From Takakia lepidozioides (Eukaryota; Plantae; Bryophyta): DNA of 64,000 bases. Under the pieces are notes generated by a model, which saw only the letters and a list, made by a program, of their open reading frames with translations, was not told the origin of the DNA and searched no databases. The stretch covers positions 43,028,001 through 43,092,000 of the forward strand of contig CM060731.1 in assembly GCA_030704615.1 (NCBI GenBank), written 5' to 3'. Below are positions 53,376 to 64,000 of this stretch, piece after piece (within the stretch, counting starts at the first letter, position 1; each line of letters starts with the position of its first letter). A program made the translations under genes and the position numbers.

Positions 53376-55086
53376 CAGAATGACACTCCTTCCCGTATCC
53401 TTCCAAAGCCTCTAACCAAAGCCTCCCCTCCCCTCGATCGCCACCCTAATAGGCTCTCGGAGTGGGAAGAAGAGTGATTATGAGGGCGTTCTTGAAAAGT
53501 ATCGAAGTCCCCATGTGAATGAAATAGGTGGATGAAATCATCCAAATCCTTGCATGTAATGAAATCATCCAATTGATGAATGAAAATAATCAAATTTAAT
53601 GAAATCATCCATCAATGGATTTTCATAAAATGACCTTAAAGGGAGTTGACTACACCAATCTAAAAATTTAGAATCATCTGCATTATTTTTAGAGTCATGT
53701 GCCTGACCCATGAGATTCTACTCCAATCAAACGACGTTCACCGGGATAGAGGCATATACACGACCCTTTTTGGTCATTTTTGGTCATACCCATGACATTT
53801 TTGAACGATGACGACATTGAGTCATGGTTTGAGTCATGACAACCATGACTCTCCAAAAACAAAAGTCAGAAAAACCATACAAAGGAACCTCCCTACTCGA
53901 CCTCATCGCCGAGCAAATATTCAGGCCAGCAACTATGGGAGAGGAACATATCATAAGTGTGGCAAGGTGGGTCATTATTGGCATCAATGTCCAGGCATAG
54001 CAACATTCCCGGGCGTGAAGGTCTCACATAAGCACATGCAGCTCAAGTCAAGATTCCCGATAGTGCAGCTGAGTTGTTTGATGAAGCATTCTCCACTTGC
54101 TGAGCCGTGGTTTCTCGACACCGGGCTACAACTCAATTTTAACTAATTCCGGACTTAAGATGAGTCCAGAAATAAAAATAAGTGAATAAATAAATCATAT
54201 ATGAAACCCAAAAAATAATTTTTATTCCACTAACAATACGTTAGTGCCATTGCAAATTAGTCATATATACTTTGATCAACTTTAGAAATGTTCGCGAATG
54301 TTGGACAAATGAAAAAACTTTGACTCTAATGCCGATGTTCACGAAGAGAGATAAAGAAAGAATATATACTTCAGCCACATCATGTAGAGCTTAAAGTCCA
54401 AAACTGACAAAAAGTGGAAACAAACATTAAAATCAGGAGAGCTTCATTCATAGTTCAGATCATCCAATAGAAATAACAAATCAAACTTGGATACGGATGA
54501 GAATAGATCATTTTTATTTTCGAATGTCATTGAATGCACAATGACATTCACTACATGTGACCTTGACATGTAAGTCGAACTGTGCAGATACACATTAAAG
54601 AACTTGCGATTTTTACAGCAAATTGTCCATATGCCCTGCCACAGCCGTAAATAATACTAGAATTGTTAAGAACTAACATCATGGGATGACATAATCTAGA
54701 CTTGAGAAGCCGTCACGAATGATGATTCCCTTCCCAAACAACTTGTATTCAGGGGCTGAGTTCGAAGATGCCTCCCCATGCCCCATCCGATTCCAGCTTG
54801 ACTTTCTGCACCAGAAGAGAATGATCTATTCTCGGAATGGTCAAATAGATCATCAGAATTGATACTGGAACGTGTGGTTGACGAAGTTGAAGATCTTGAA
54901 CCATTTCGATTTTGAACCATTCTGACGAATATTTGCTCTCTCTTTGAGAACCAGAGTCCTCAACTCATACTCGTAAGTCACTGAAAAATATCGAAGCCCA
55001 CAAACCCAATAAAAGATGACCAGCTAATTGCAACTAAAATAAAGAACAGTACATACCTAAAAAAAATGCATGTTACCATTCAATAT

Positions 55087-55800
55087 TTATTTAACTTTGA
55101 CATGAACGGCGAAGTACATACCAAGATAATCAGGCTGACTTGTCCACAGATGGAAAACAGAAGTATCCAAATATCGCCCATACCAAGACCATAGTAGGTG
55201 ATTCCGATCTATTGCTGCACGAGATGCTTTTGCAAAGCTCTCACTCACATATTCAACAATACTGGATACTCCTATCATGTTTGAGATGAATGGCCACACT
55301 GCATCATTTATATTAGACAGCTTATTTTTTTACCCATTAAAAGTAAGAGGAAAATATCCAGTATTTGCAGGATTTTTGAGTGATTTTGTTGGTTCATCAT
55401 CCACAAGAAGGATTTGCCCTTCCCTCGTAAACGTTTTTCCAGGAAAACTAGCAAGAACGGTTTGAATATCCTTAATGAGATATCTCAGCTCATGCTTAAT
55501 ATAGCCGGCTGTCGCATTGCAATACTCATTGGAAGAGCTTCATCATATCAATGGGCACAAAATATTGTAGCATCTTAAGAACAATGTCTCTTTCAAAGCA
55601 AGAGCAAATGTCAAAAAGACGCTTCAGGAACTGCACCACTCCAGGCCGAGGAATGACAAAAGGAGTATCTGGGACCTTAATGGTCACATTTCTCCCTGAA
55701 AATCTGTTTTTGAACATCTCTCTTCCGGTCGGAGGTGGTCGATAACAAAGGAGACCATTAACACTCAATATTATGAGCTTCATCCGCCTTTTCGGAGTAG
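55087..55800 (-). pseudogene. FCP1-homology/NIF (HAD-family CTD phosphatase-like) domain, degenerate
   Basis: KLIILSVNGLLCYR...RPGVVQFLKRLF, then IKDIQTV...QILLVDDEPTKSLKNPANTGYFPLTF, with stops in frame. Confidence 0.72.
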
Positions 55801-56782
55801 AGGCATCCCTGTCCGAAGAAGCATAATTCTCCTGAAACCAATGTAATTGAGATTAGTGCAGATATAACACATATGCAATCTCGACATTTATGTCGAGGTA
55901 AATGCATCCTTGAGATTCACCGAAGACAATTTGAATATCTCCACAACACTACAGAGTCTTTATGAGGATATACCAAATGGATAAATGAATCACAATGCTT
56001 CAAACAAACATTAAAAAAAGATATGCAGCTACTACACCTTCTGAATCCTTCTTGATTGAGATTCTGCAGAACAAATTCTATACACTTTCACAACGTGAAG
56101 GTTGACTTTAGGAAGCTTTGACTTGAGGCTCTCAAGTCAAACCTTTAAAATAAACATATTGTGAAGGGTTTCTGAAGGGACAGTAAAACATCTGACGCAA
56201 TCTTCATGTCTGATCAAACCATAAGCCTCTTACGAGTGGATCGAGATTTCTTCGAACACTCTGAAGTTTTCGGGCCAGACGCGCGACATAAATCATCCAC
56301 TTGTTTTTTCCCTTCAAAGATTTGGACGTTGAGTGCACAAGGGGATGACATGAGGCCATTTGGAGATACATCTGGACTTGAGATCTTCATATCCTGAATT
56401 GAACGTCAAATACTAAGATTACGTTAGATTATAATGCAGAAGAAGACATCGCTCACTTCACCCAATTTTACCTTGAGTAAACTTAAGATCATCAGAAAAA
56501 AGAAAAAACTGAATGAGGAAGACAAACCAAGAAAAGTATAGGCAATAATTCACCTTGTTCCTCCTCAAGTGTCCATGTCAAAGTTATCATTTCTGACGTG
56601 ACATGGCGCTGACACGTCGGCCGTCACATCCGACGTGCGTCACGTCACGTCGAATCCGGACGTTTACCCATGTAATTTTTTTTTACATTTGACTTTTATG
56701 ATTTACTTCTACCCTTTGTAATGACATGGCAGCCACGGTGTAAAACAGACGTGGCCAATTATTAATATTTATTAAAAAAAAT

Positions 56783-57100
56783 ATGTCCGCCTATATTGGC
56801 AGTCGCATATAATTTATTATTTTTAATAAAAGCGACCGCCCATATTGGCGGTCGCTTGTAAAATATTTTGTTAAATTAAGCGACCGCCAGTATTGGCAGC
56901 CGCCCGTAATTTATTTATTTTTAAATGAAGCGACCGCCCATATTGGCGGTCACTTGTATTTTATTACATTTTAAAATAAGCGACCGCCTACATTGGCCAT
57001 GTGGCAGTCGCTTTTCTTGTTTTTATAAATATAGCGACCGCCATGCGGCGGTCGCGTGTTTTTTTTTTCCTTAGAAATCCAGGGACCCGCCGTGTGGCGT
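56783..57100. repeat. Array of 6-7 GC-rich palindromes at ~50-bp period with AT-rich spacers
   Basis: Consensus AAGCGACCGCC-CATATT-GGCGGTCGCTT at ~56783, 56830, 56878, 56928, 56978, 57033 and (57082). Confidence 0.9.
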
Positions 57101-57494
57101 TTTGTTTTTAATTCTAATCATGAAGCGGCGCCTCGACCAGCCACGTGGCGAGGTGCCACGGATCAGGAAAAACGAAACAAATGGGATGGGGGGAGGTGGT
57201 TTTGAACCATTGACCTCTCCCATGTGGATGCGCGTGGCGAGGTGCGACTAGCCAGTCGCGCCTTTTCAAGCATAATGCCATTTTGGGGGGGGGGGGGGGC
57301 GCTGGTGGGCGCCTATATAAACCATTCCCCCCTCCTTTTCTGATCACTTTTGCCCCTCTTGTCGTGCGGTTCCTTGGCATCATGTAGTTCTTTCGGACTT
57401 CTTTGCTTGGCACTGCCAACAGGAGGTACAAAGGTGATCATTTGGGAGGGGAGGTTTTGTCGGTTTTCTATAGGTCAGTCTCACACACTTGTTC

Positions 57495-58396
57495 ATGGTA
57501 CAATCATTGTATCACCATTTTGCCGTTTCCGGATCTCCGGCGGCCTGTTTTTTTGCAGAAAACTACGAAGACACCATCCACACGCGTTCATTGCCATTTT
57601 ATGAGATTTTGGACCCTGTAGTGGGCAAAGGTTTATACAATGTCGGGGGTTGTCTCTTGGAAGGCGGGGTCATCGGGCGAGGGAGGCATAACTGGTATTT
57701 ATTACCTGAACTCTAGTGCGAAGGTGGCAATGTGCCAGTAGCAGGGCGACCCATTAAGTGGACTGAAGCGAAGATGTGGAGAGTAAGAAAGAAGAACAAA
57801 GGGGAACGGAAGCATAATTCCAGGAATGCGATCGCTTGCTTCATTTCTGGAAAGTGCGCAGTAAACTTGCATGGGCACCGGTGTGTATCATGGATGTTGT
57901 CCACAAGAACAGTGTCTTGCACAACAACTTGTCCCCCGACAACATCTTGTTGCATTTTCCAGATGGCACCGAGGAGATCAAGATTGGGGTGTGTGATTGG
58001 GGCTTAGCCACCCCATCGGGCATACGCAAAGCCTCGCCGTACCAGTTTGAAAACCAAGACAAGCTGGACCGGGAACTCGCGAAAAGATGGTGGGTGGAAA
58101 AAGATATTGCATCGGTTTTCAATGCGAATGTCACCCCCTCCCAGGACATGACATCGGAGGCATTTGCTGTTGGGAAGATAGCGGTACGAATAAATGACGG
58201 CGCTCATTATGATCAAAGTATGTTCCAGGACCAATTTACGGGAGATTGTTGGCATTCAATGCTACAAAGGTTGTACGACAACAACAAGAATGAGAGAGTC
58301 ACATTAGCCCATGTAGTACTTCGGTTCATGGGCAAGCCATTCAATTGGCCTGAGCCGAAAGACGTATATAGGACGGAGTCAACCATAGTCTCGTAG
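57495..58396 (+). pseudogene. Protein kinase-like pseudogene
   Basis: VVGKGLY (Gly-loop-like), VHKNSVLHNNLSPDNILLHF (catalytic loop, D>N) and IGVCDWGLA (DFG-like). Stop at 57714 and frameshift near 57840. Confidence 0.78.
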
Positions 58397-59180
58397 ATAT
58401 GAGATTTCTGACGGTACAATGGTTCTTTTATGAAGACATAACTCAATTTTGATCGTGCATGTAAAAAATAAAGTCCCATTGTAAATACTACATTGCATAT
58501 GCTCGATCCTGGCACCTGTCATCGCAACATAAATGGTTTGTGTACTGGTGTCGAGCGGCTTTTACTCACCCATCCCTTCGCTATCCGAGGTGGAAACTCC
58601 AAGATAGAAGAGTTGGATATCTCTAAGCACTCAGCCCGCTCAGAACAATCAGTCATGACCTGCAGCTAGTGAATCATGGTTGTGCTTCATATTTGTATTC
58701 CTTTCTGCCTTCATGTTATCAATTTACCTTACCGTGTATACTAAAGCATCAGATTGCTTCAGTATCTACTAAGTTCCAGTTAATCATGCATTCATTCCAC
58801 AGCTTCTCTCGTGTCTCTCTACACAGTATGTTTGTATCGATTCAGTATCGGATTAAAATTAATCATGTATCATGCCTATGCCATGGTGTCTCTATTCTAT
58901 CATACTGTATAATTCTACAGCTTGCATGAACTAAGCCTCATTCAAGTCATCATCTCCTCTTCATTGTTTCCCGCTCTCCGTTACGTTTCTTCCTCCCTTC
59001 AACAAGTCGCCCTCCTCCAGAAGTGATCCCCTTCCCGTTGTCGCTCTCCTAATCTACCCACAAGCTGTTCTAACCACCTAACTAACTAACCGTCACCCCT
59101 GAAGTAACACGTTCCCTCTGCAGATGTCGTTCTCTCACAGTCGTTCTCTGTCAATGATAACTGTTTCCCATGTACTGTAA

Positions 59181-59340
59181 CAGGTTGTGTCAAGCTGTGC
59201 CGAGCTGTGACTGACTGTGTAAAGTTGTGTCGGGTTGTGACTAGCTGTGCGAAGCTGTGTCGGGCTGCGTGAAGCTATGTCGGGCTGTGATAGACTGTGA
59301 CGGGCTGTGACTGGCTGTGCGAAGCTGTGTCGGGCTGTGT
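59181..59340. repeat. 10-bp minisatellite (~16 copies, nnnGCTGTGn)
   Basis: CGGGCTGTGA CTGGCTGTGC GAAGCTGTGT recurring. Confidence 0.9.
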
Positions 59341-59347
59341 AACCCCT

Positions 59348-60807
59348 CTAAAGCCTGCTCCTGTCACCCCTAAGGCTCCTGTTGATCTCAGTCTGCGCAA
59401 AAATTAAGGGTACCCCACAGAACTCGTAAAAGCGTCTAAGTCCCAAGCAGCCCTCTGCAATGTCAAAAGAGTCATCTGAAGAAACAGTAGTATCAGAATC
59501 CTCGTCCCCCCCTAGGTGTTTTAACGGCCGAACTTTAAGTGGAATCATGCGTGGCATACAATGTGGTCCCACCATATCTGGAAGTTTAAACTGTACAACT
59601 TGATGTAAGCGCTTGCAAGCAAAATTAGTGAACGCCCTGAACTCCTTATCCGTATAGGTGAGAGGTGTGCCAATGACTTTGGAACAGTGTAAGTATTTCC
59701 AGGCTTCATGTCCCTTAAAGAAAATATCCTCAGGGCCGAATTTATGTGTTGTCAAATTGTTCCAAGCCGAATTAAACATGAACGAAGTTGGGAATCCTTC
59801 TGCATCATAACTTTTTCATATAGGTACATATGAGGTGGCACTGAAGGTAAGACCCAATGATCCCCATTGGAATAACTCAGAAATTGTGATTGCATCTTCT
59901 GCTGCTCAATGTGATAACGTGCCAGAAAACAAGCAGCATAGTATAATTCACAGCCCATGACAATACTAGATACATCCTTGGTCTTGGTATAGATGTACCC
60001 ATGTACAACCTGGAAGGCAATTATTTCCTTCAGCATGGTACCTGCCTCAGACCAGTACCTCGCAAAGTGATGATCCTCAATGGGTCGATTGTTCGGAAGA
60101 ACCTTAGTCCGAGTTGCCATCGGCAACCAAATGCGCATGATCTGGTAGTAATGTGCCAACGACTGCGGAGGACTAAATTCCTTCCAAGCCAAATCCAGCA
60201 CAATGGGAATTTGGTTGAAGGGCATAATCATAGCTCGACTGTACTCCCGTGCAGCAGGAGTCCTAGGTGGGTTAAAAGCAGCATCTCCCCATACCTCAGG
60301 CTGTGGTTTGGCTGTAGTAGCAACAGGGTCAGCTACCTGCACAGACACCTGCTGTGGTATTGGTACCACTGGCCCTTCTACCACTGGCATCTCCTGCACC
60401 CCCTGCGAAGAAGACTGAAAAATTAGAGTCCTGGCATGTAAATAAGTAGCCATCAGCTGCTCCTCAGGAACAAATATTCTCTTGTCAATATTTGAACTCA
60501 GGTCCTCCACTTGAGTCTGTAGGCCTTCCACATCCTCCTGTAGCTCCGCTATCCTACTATAGACATTGTCTATAGTAATTGTGGCAATTATCTGCACCTG
60601 CAATCTGAGCTCATTCATCTCGCCCTGGGTGTATTTAGACCCACACCTTGGCTTAGTGTACAGACTCGTGATAAAAGCCCTGGAATGTGCCAGGTGTGAG
60701 ATGGCAGAGCCGTGGAAAAAGCTGTTTTTTCTTCTAGTGATGGATGAATGAAAGGCGGGATGTTTCTCAACGGTTTGGTGAGGACCCCTAAATTTATGCA
60801 GGTACAA
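59348..60807 (-). other. Orphan ORF pair (351 + 143 aa) joined by one frameshift
   Basis: Overlapping ORFs at 59752-59779 and an N-terminal coiled-coil-like segment. No family recognised. Confidence 0.5.
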
Positions 60808-62839
60808 TCAATGATGCGACATGACTATCAGTAATGAATGGACTCCACTAGTTTGACCAGAGCGTTACGGCGCGGCAATCCAACGCCTTCATAAAGTGAA
60901 TACCATGGAATTATTGTGGGTTCCGTGACGACGCTCATCCATGAGGGTAGTTGAATCATCCACTAGGGCAGTCATCTCATCCAGTATACCTCTCTTTCAT
61001 CCGCGAAGGCTCTTATTTCATCCAATGATAAAATATTATTCATAGGTTCAATAATGAGGTGTCGGGACGTGCATCTGGGATTTTATCGGTCTCACATTTT
61101 CTCTACCTACACCTCATCTACGGCCCCACGTTCATTGCGGCTACTTAATGTCACCTTGCCATAGATGGCCGCCGGCTCATCACAATGGCCTTAAGAGGCG
61201 GCCACTTTCGTCGCCGACTATTCCTTCTCTTGTATCATTACTTCAAAATTGGATTTCAGGCTTCTTTGGTGCTCTGGATGTCAGATTCCAGATCTCGAAT
61301 CAGTTAGTTATTCGCATTGGATGCAATAACTTATGGACCCCTTAATGTTCGGTGGATTTCAGACTCCTACTTGAATTTATGCTCTGGAGGACACATAATA
61401 GCCACTAGATTACACGAAAGAGCATATCCAGGGCGACAATTTGTCGATCCATGACACTCCAAACGCACCTCTGTAATGTGAACACGTCGACCTCATACTG
61501 TTTGACAATCCGTATAAGAGCCTGCTCTGTGCACGCATGCCATTTTTTCCCTCTCAGTTGCTATGGCTCGCTGATCTTCAGGACTGTCTGTTTTACGTTC
61601 ATTCTTCCCTTTGTACTCCTGTCAATATTGAGAGCCTCTCCACTTCATCTGGGTTTCTCTTCTGTCTATCTGCTCCTCTGTTCCCATCCACTGTCTGCAA
61701 AGATCTTACATACACACCCGACCGTTTTATGTACTTCGAATGATCACTCGCACTACAGCTGTTTTGTTCATCCATGTTTTCATTTATTCATCCATTTTCT
61801 TACTTGTCATCCAAAACTCGTCTACCATTAATCATCCGTCCTTCATTTCATCCATCTGAACCACGCACGAACGCCCGTCGATATGGTTCTATTTCTTTTA
61901 TGGAGTCGTAGACAATGTTGTGCATTCGGGTCGTAGCTTTAGCAGATCTTTTAATTTTCTACAAATTTCTGTTTCGACCAATAGAGACCTACGTTGTACA
62001 TTCTAGTACATAATCCAAGACTCGAGTTCTATTTTCAATTTCCAATCATTATAACCCTAAACGCGGGCAATCGCGAGAGGTTCCTTTTCATCTTCATCCT
62101 CAGTTTTTCTAAACAAACTTCAGTAACTTATTGTTTCACTCTTTCTTAGTGTCCATCGATATAGTTCCGAATCATTAATCGCCAGAATCTCTACTGTAGG
62201 ATACACGCGCGATCGCGCGAGGTTCGTGGAAATGTCGTTGTTCCAAACTAGTCAACAAGTTTTCCTCAGTCTTCAGGACTCGAACTCTATCGTCGCAACA
62301 GCAGAATGTCTCAACGTGACTGGTTGAGTTTGCCATGGATGACAGCTAAACGAGTCCACAATATCTGTTGTTATAGTGTCTTGCGATCCGGCACATTCTT
62401 CTGTGTCATTGCCATATCCGCACATGGATGCGGACTCTTTGGGAGAAGCAATCGGAACACCTGTCGTTTGGGATGTGGTGCAAATTCAACAAGATACTGG
62501 GACTGACACCAACATCAACAATGAGGTTCCTCGGTTCTCGGACTATCAATCAACCGACTCTGCGTCAATGGCCAGTTCACGAGACACATGAGATTGGTCG
62601 AACCGCCATTTAAAATCCTTGTAACGAGCACCCCGACGTGATGTTCTCCAACTTTCTCACAAAGTATCACCTCGTCAGGATGACATGCTTGAATTCTGCC
62701 CTCGTACAAAGCACTTTGTTCATCTCCAAGGGAATACACAATTTATTTCTCCAACTATCTCTACCCATAGCAAGAGGCAGCCTATACTATATGCGCATAC
62801 AAATGCATGCATATGGAGGAATGTATGCGTGCATACAAA

Positions 62840-63960
62840 TTTTAGACTTTCGTGAAAGGCACACTCAGCTCTGTTATGAATGGAAAGATAATGCTACCTT
62901 GGAGGATGCTACAACCACATACATTGCAATTCGGGCTTGGTGGCTCTCTTCAGGAGCATGCACAGAAAAGAGTCTGCCAAAATTGGATTCATGGCTTGCA
63001 TGGTGGCACTACAGATATCGAATGTGGGGCCAATGGATGAGAGAGGACATGGATGTGGAGGCAGATGCAGATATGCCTACCACTAATTTGTCGGAGGCAG
63101 TCCATTTTGCTTGGTGGAAGACAGCAGGCAATGGGAAAAAAATGAAGGTGGATCTATATGAGGCCACCATGCATGACATGTAACGAGCTCTTTTGCAGCA
63201 GGCAACATTTTACAGGCACACCACATGAAAGACATGGGGGACGGGGCCCGACAAAGAGGAGCTCATGTTGCGTCAAGCAGCTAGATCTAATAGCCCAGCA
63301 AAAATGGGTAAGGTTGTATGTGGCATAGTAACTGGAACACCCATGCACACAAGGGGGGTTCAATTGGAGGGAGACAATCGCACTGTTCCAGTCAAACGCA
63401 AGTTAGGCGATGAGCATGGTGGGCCAAACGAATCTTGGAGGTGTGATATGAATGTAAAGACCGTTCCAGTGCGTGCCACTGGGATGCCCAGTCCACACCA
63501 GCCATCTAGGTTTGTCAGCTCCAAATCAAGTCATGACATTCCTGGTTCTTCGACTTTCTGTGAGACAAATCCACATGTTGTTATCCCTCCTCAGCCAATG
63601 CAATGGGGAAATCCAGTGAGAGAGACACAAGACTTTTCCGATGCATTGTTCAGGATTCAGCGGACAGGTCCTGCTTCCATGGTTCGTTGTTCTGCCTTAG
63701 TTGGAGTTTCCAAGGATAAATGCAAAGCGCTCATCAGGAAAGGTAAAGGAAGTCCTGCACCTTGCTTCACTGGCAAATTACTAGCACCGAACATGAAAGA
63801 ACCAAAACTGTAAGTTTTTTGGTTTTGCCCCACAGATGTTTTGTCGTGTGTTGGAGGGACCGTGCCATCCTATTGCTTGGGAAAACCGGGTATACCTAAC
63901 GTGTGGCCTGTGAAGGTTGGAACCAACCTTACACAAGAAGAGTGGACAACTTGACCCTTG
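62840..63960 (+). pseudogene. Putative Mutator-like (MULE) transposase C-terminal part, degenerate
   Basis: One frame with stops at 63181, ~63226 and 63811. PTTNLSEAVH resembles the TTNxxE catalytic-Glu motif of Mutator/IS256 transposases, preceded by a Trp-rich helical segment. The upstream Asp motifs are not seen. Confidence 0.5.
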
Positions 63961-64000
63961 CAGGTTTTCGACTAGTTCATCCTCCCAACGTTCCTGATCC

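Larger units (their letters stand above)
48267..53870. mobile_element. CACTA-type non-autonomous element carrying PPR fragments
   Basis: Begins CACTAGTACAAAAA exactly where gag stops. CATGAC/GTCATG subterminal repeats occur at both ends (48285-48460, 53760-53870) and gag resumes afterwards. The right TAGTG terminus is not seen. Confidence 0.65.
45561..54135 (+). mobile_element. Third copia element, 5' part only (LTR to 46468, PBS, gag, zinc knuckle, protease start), split by nested insertions
   Basis: ...CA followed by TGGTATCATAGC at 46469. Gag INKLDGANNYTMWKFKI resumes as QTILERE, then KFSQLKMEE...IINALPKS. After ~53870 come YHKCGKVGHYWHQC and WFLDTG. The LTR start is uncertain. Confidence 0.8.

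Noticed and set aside
56783-57100. CRISPR array
   Set aside because: Eukaryotic context and no cas genes. Spacers are short, AT-rich and resemble each other, and the repeats are degenerate.

Overview
Nuclear DNA of a land plant, most likely non-seed (bryophyte or lycophyte). This is inferred from spliceosomal introns, many PLS-class PPR copies, a half-tRNA-primed copia and an SLBP homologue. Two genes look intact: a 5-exon GT37 xyloglucan-type fucosyltransferase (19388-22421, -) and a 4-exon histone stem-loop-binding protein (SLBP) gene (~34549-36754, +). A frameshifted inverted copy of the SLBP 3' part sits at the left edge, fused to a PPR pseudogene. A GH3 amido synthetase, a CYP71-clan P450 and several PPRs are pseudogenes. 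The rest is mostly transposons: two complete copia elements with TSDs, a deleted gypsy-like element with asymmetric ends plus a solo LTR with matching termini, hAT/Tourist/mariner-type MITEs, LINE tails, and a third copia split by a MITE and a PPR-carrying CACTA. The right ~10 kb looks like a decayed giant element with a Mutator-like transposase, protein kinase, FCP1/NIF phosphatase-like ORF, an orphan ORF and a regularly spaced palindrome array. All calls come from motif recognition by eye; no searches were run.
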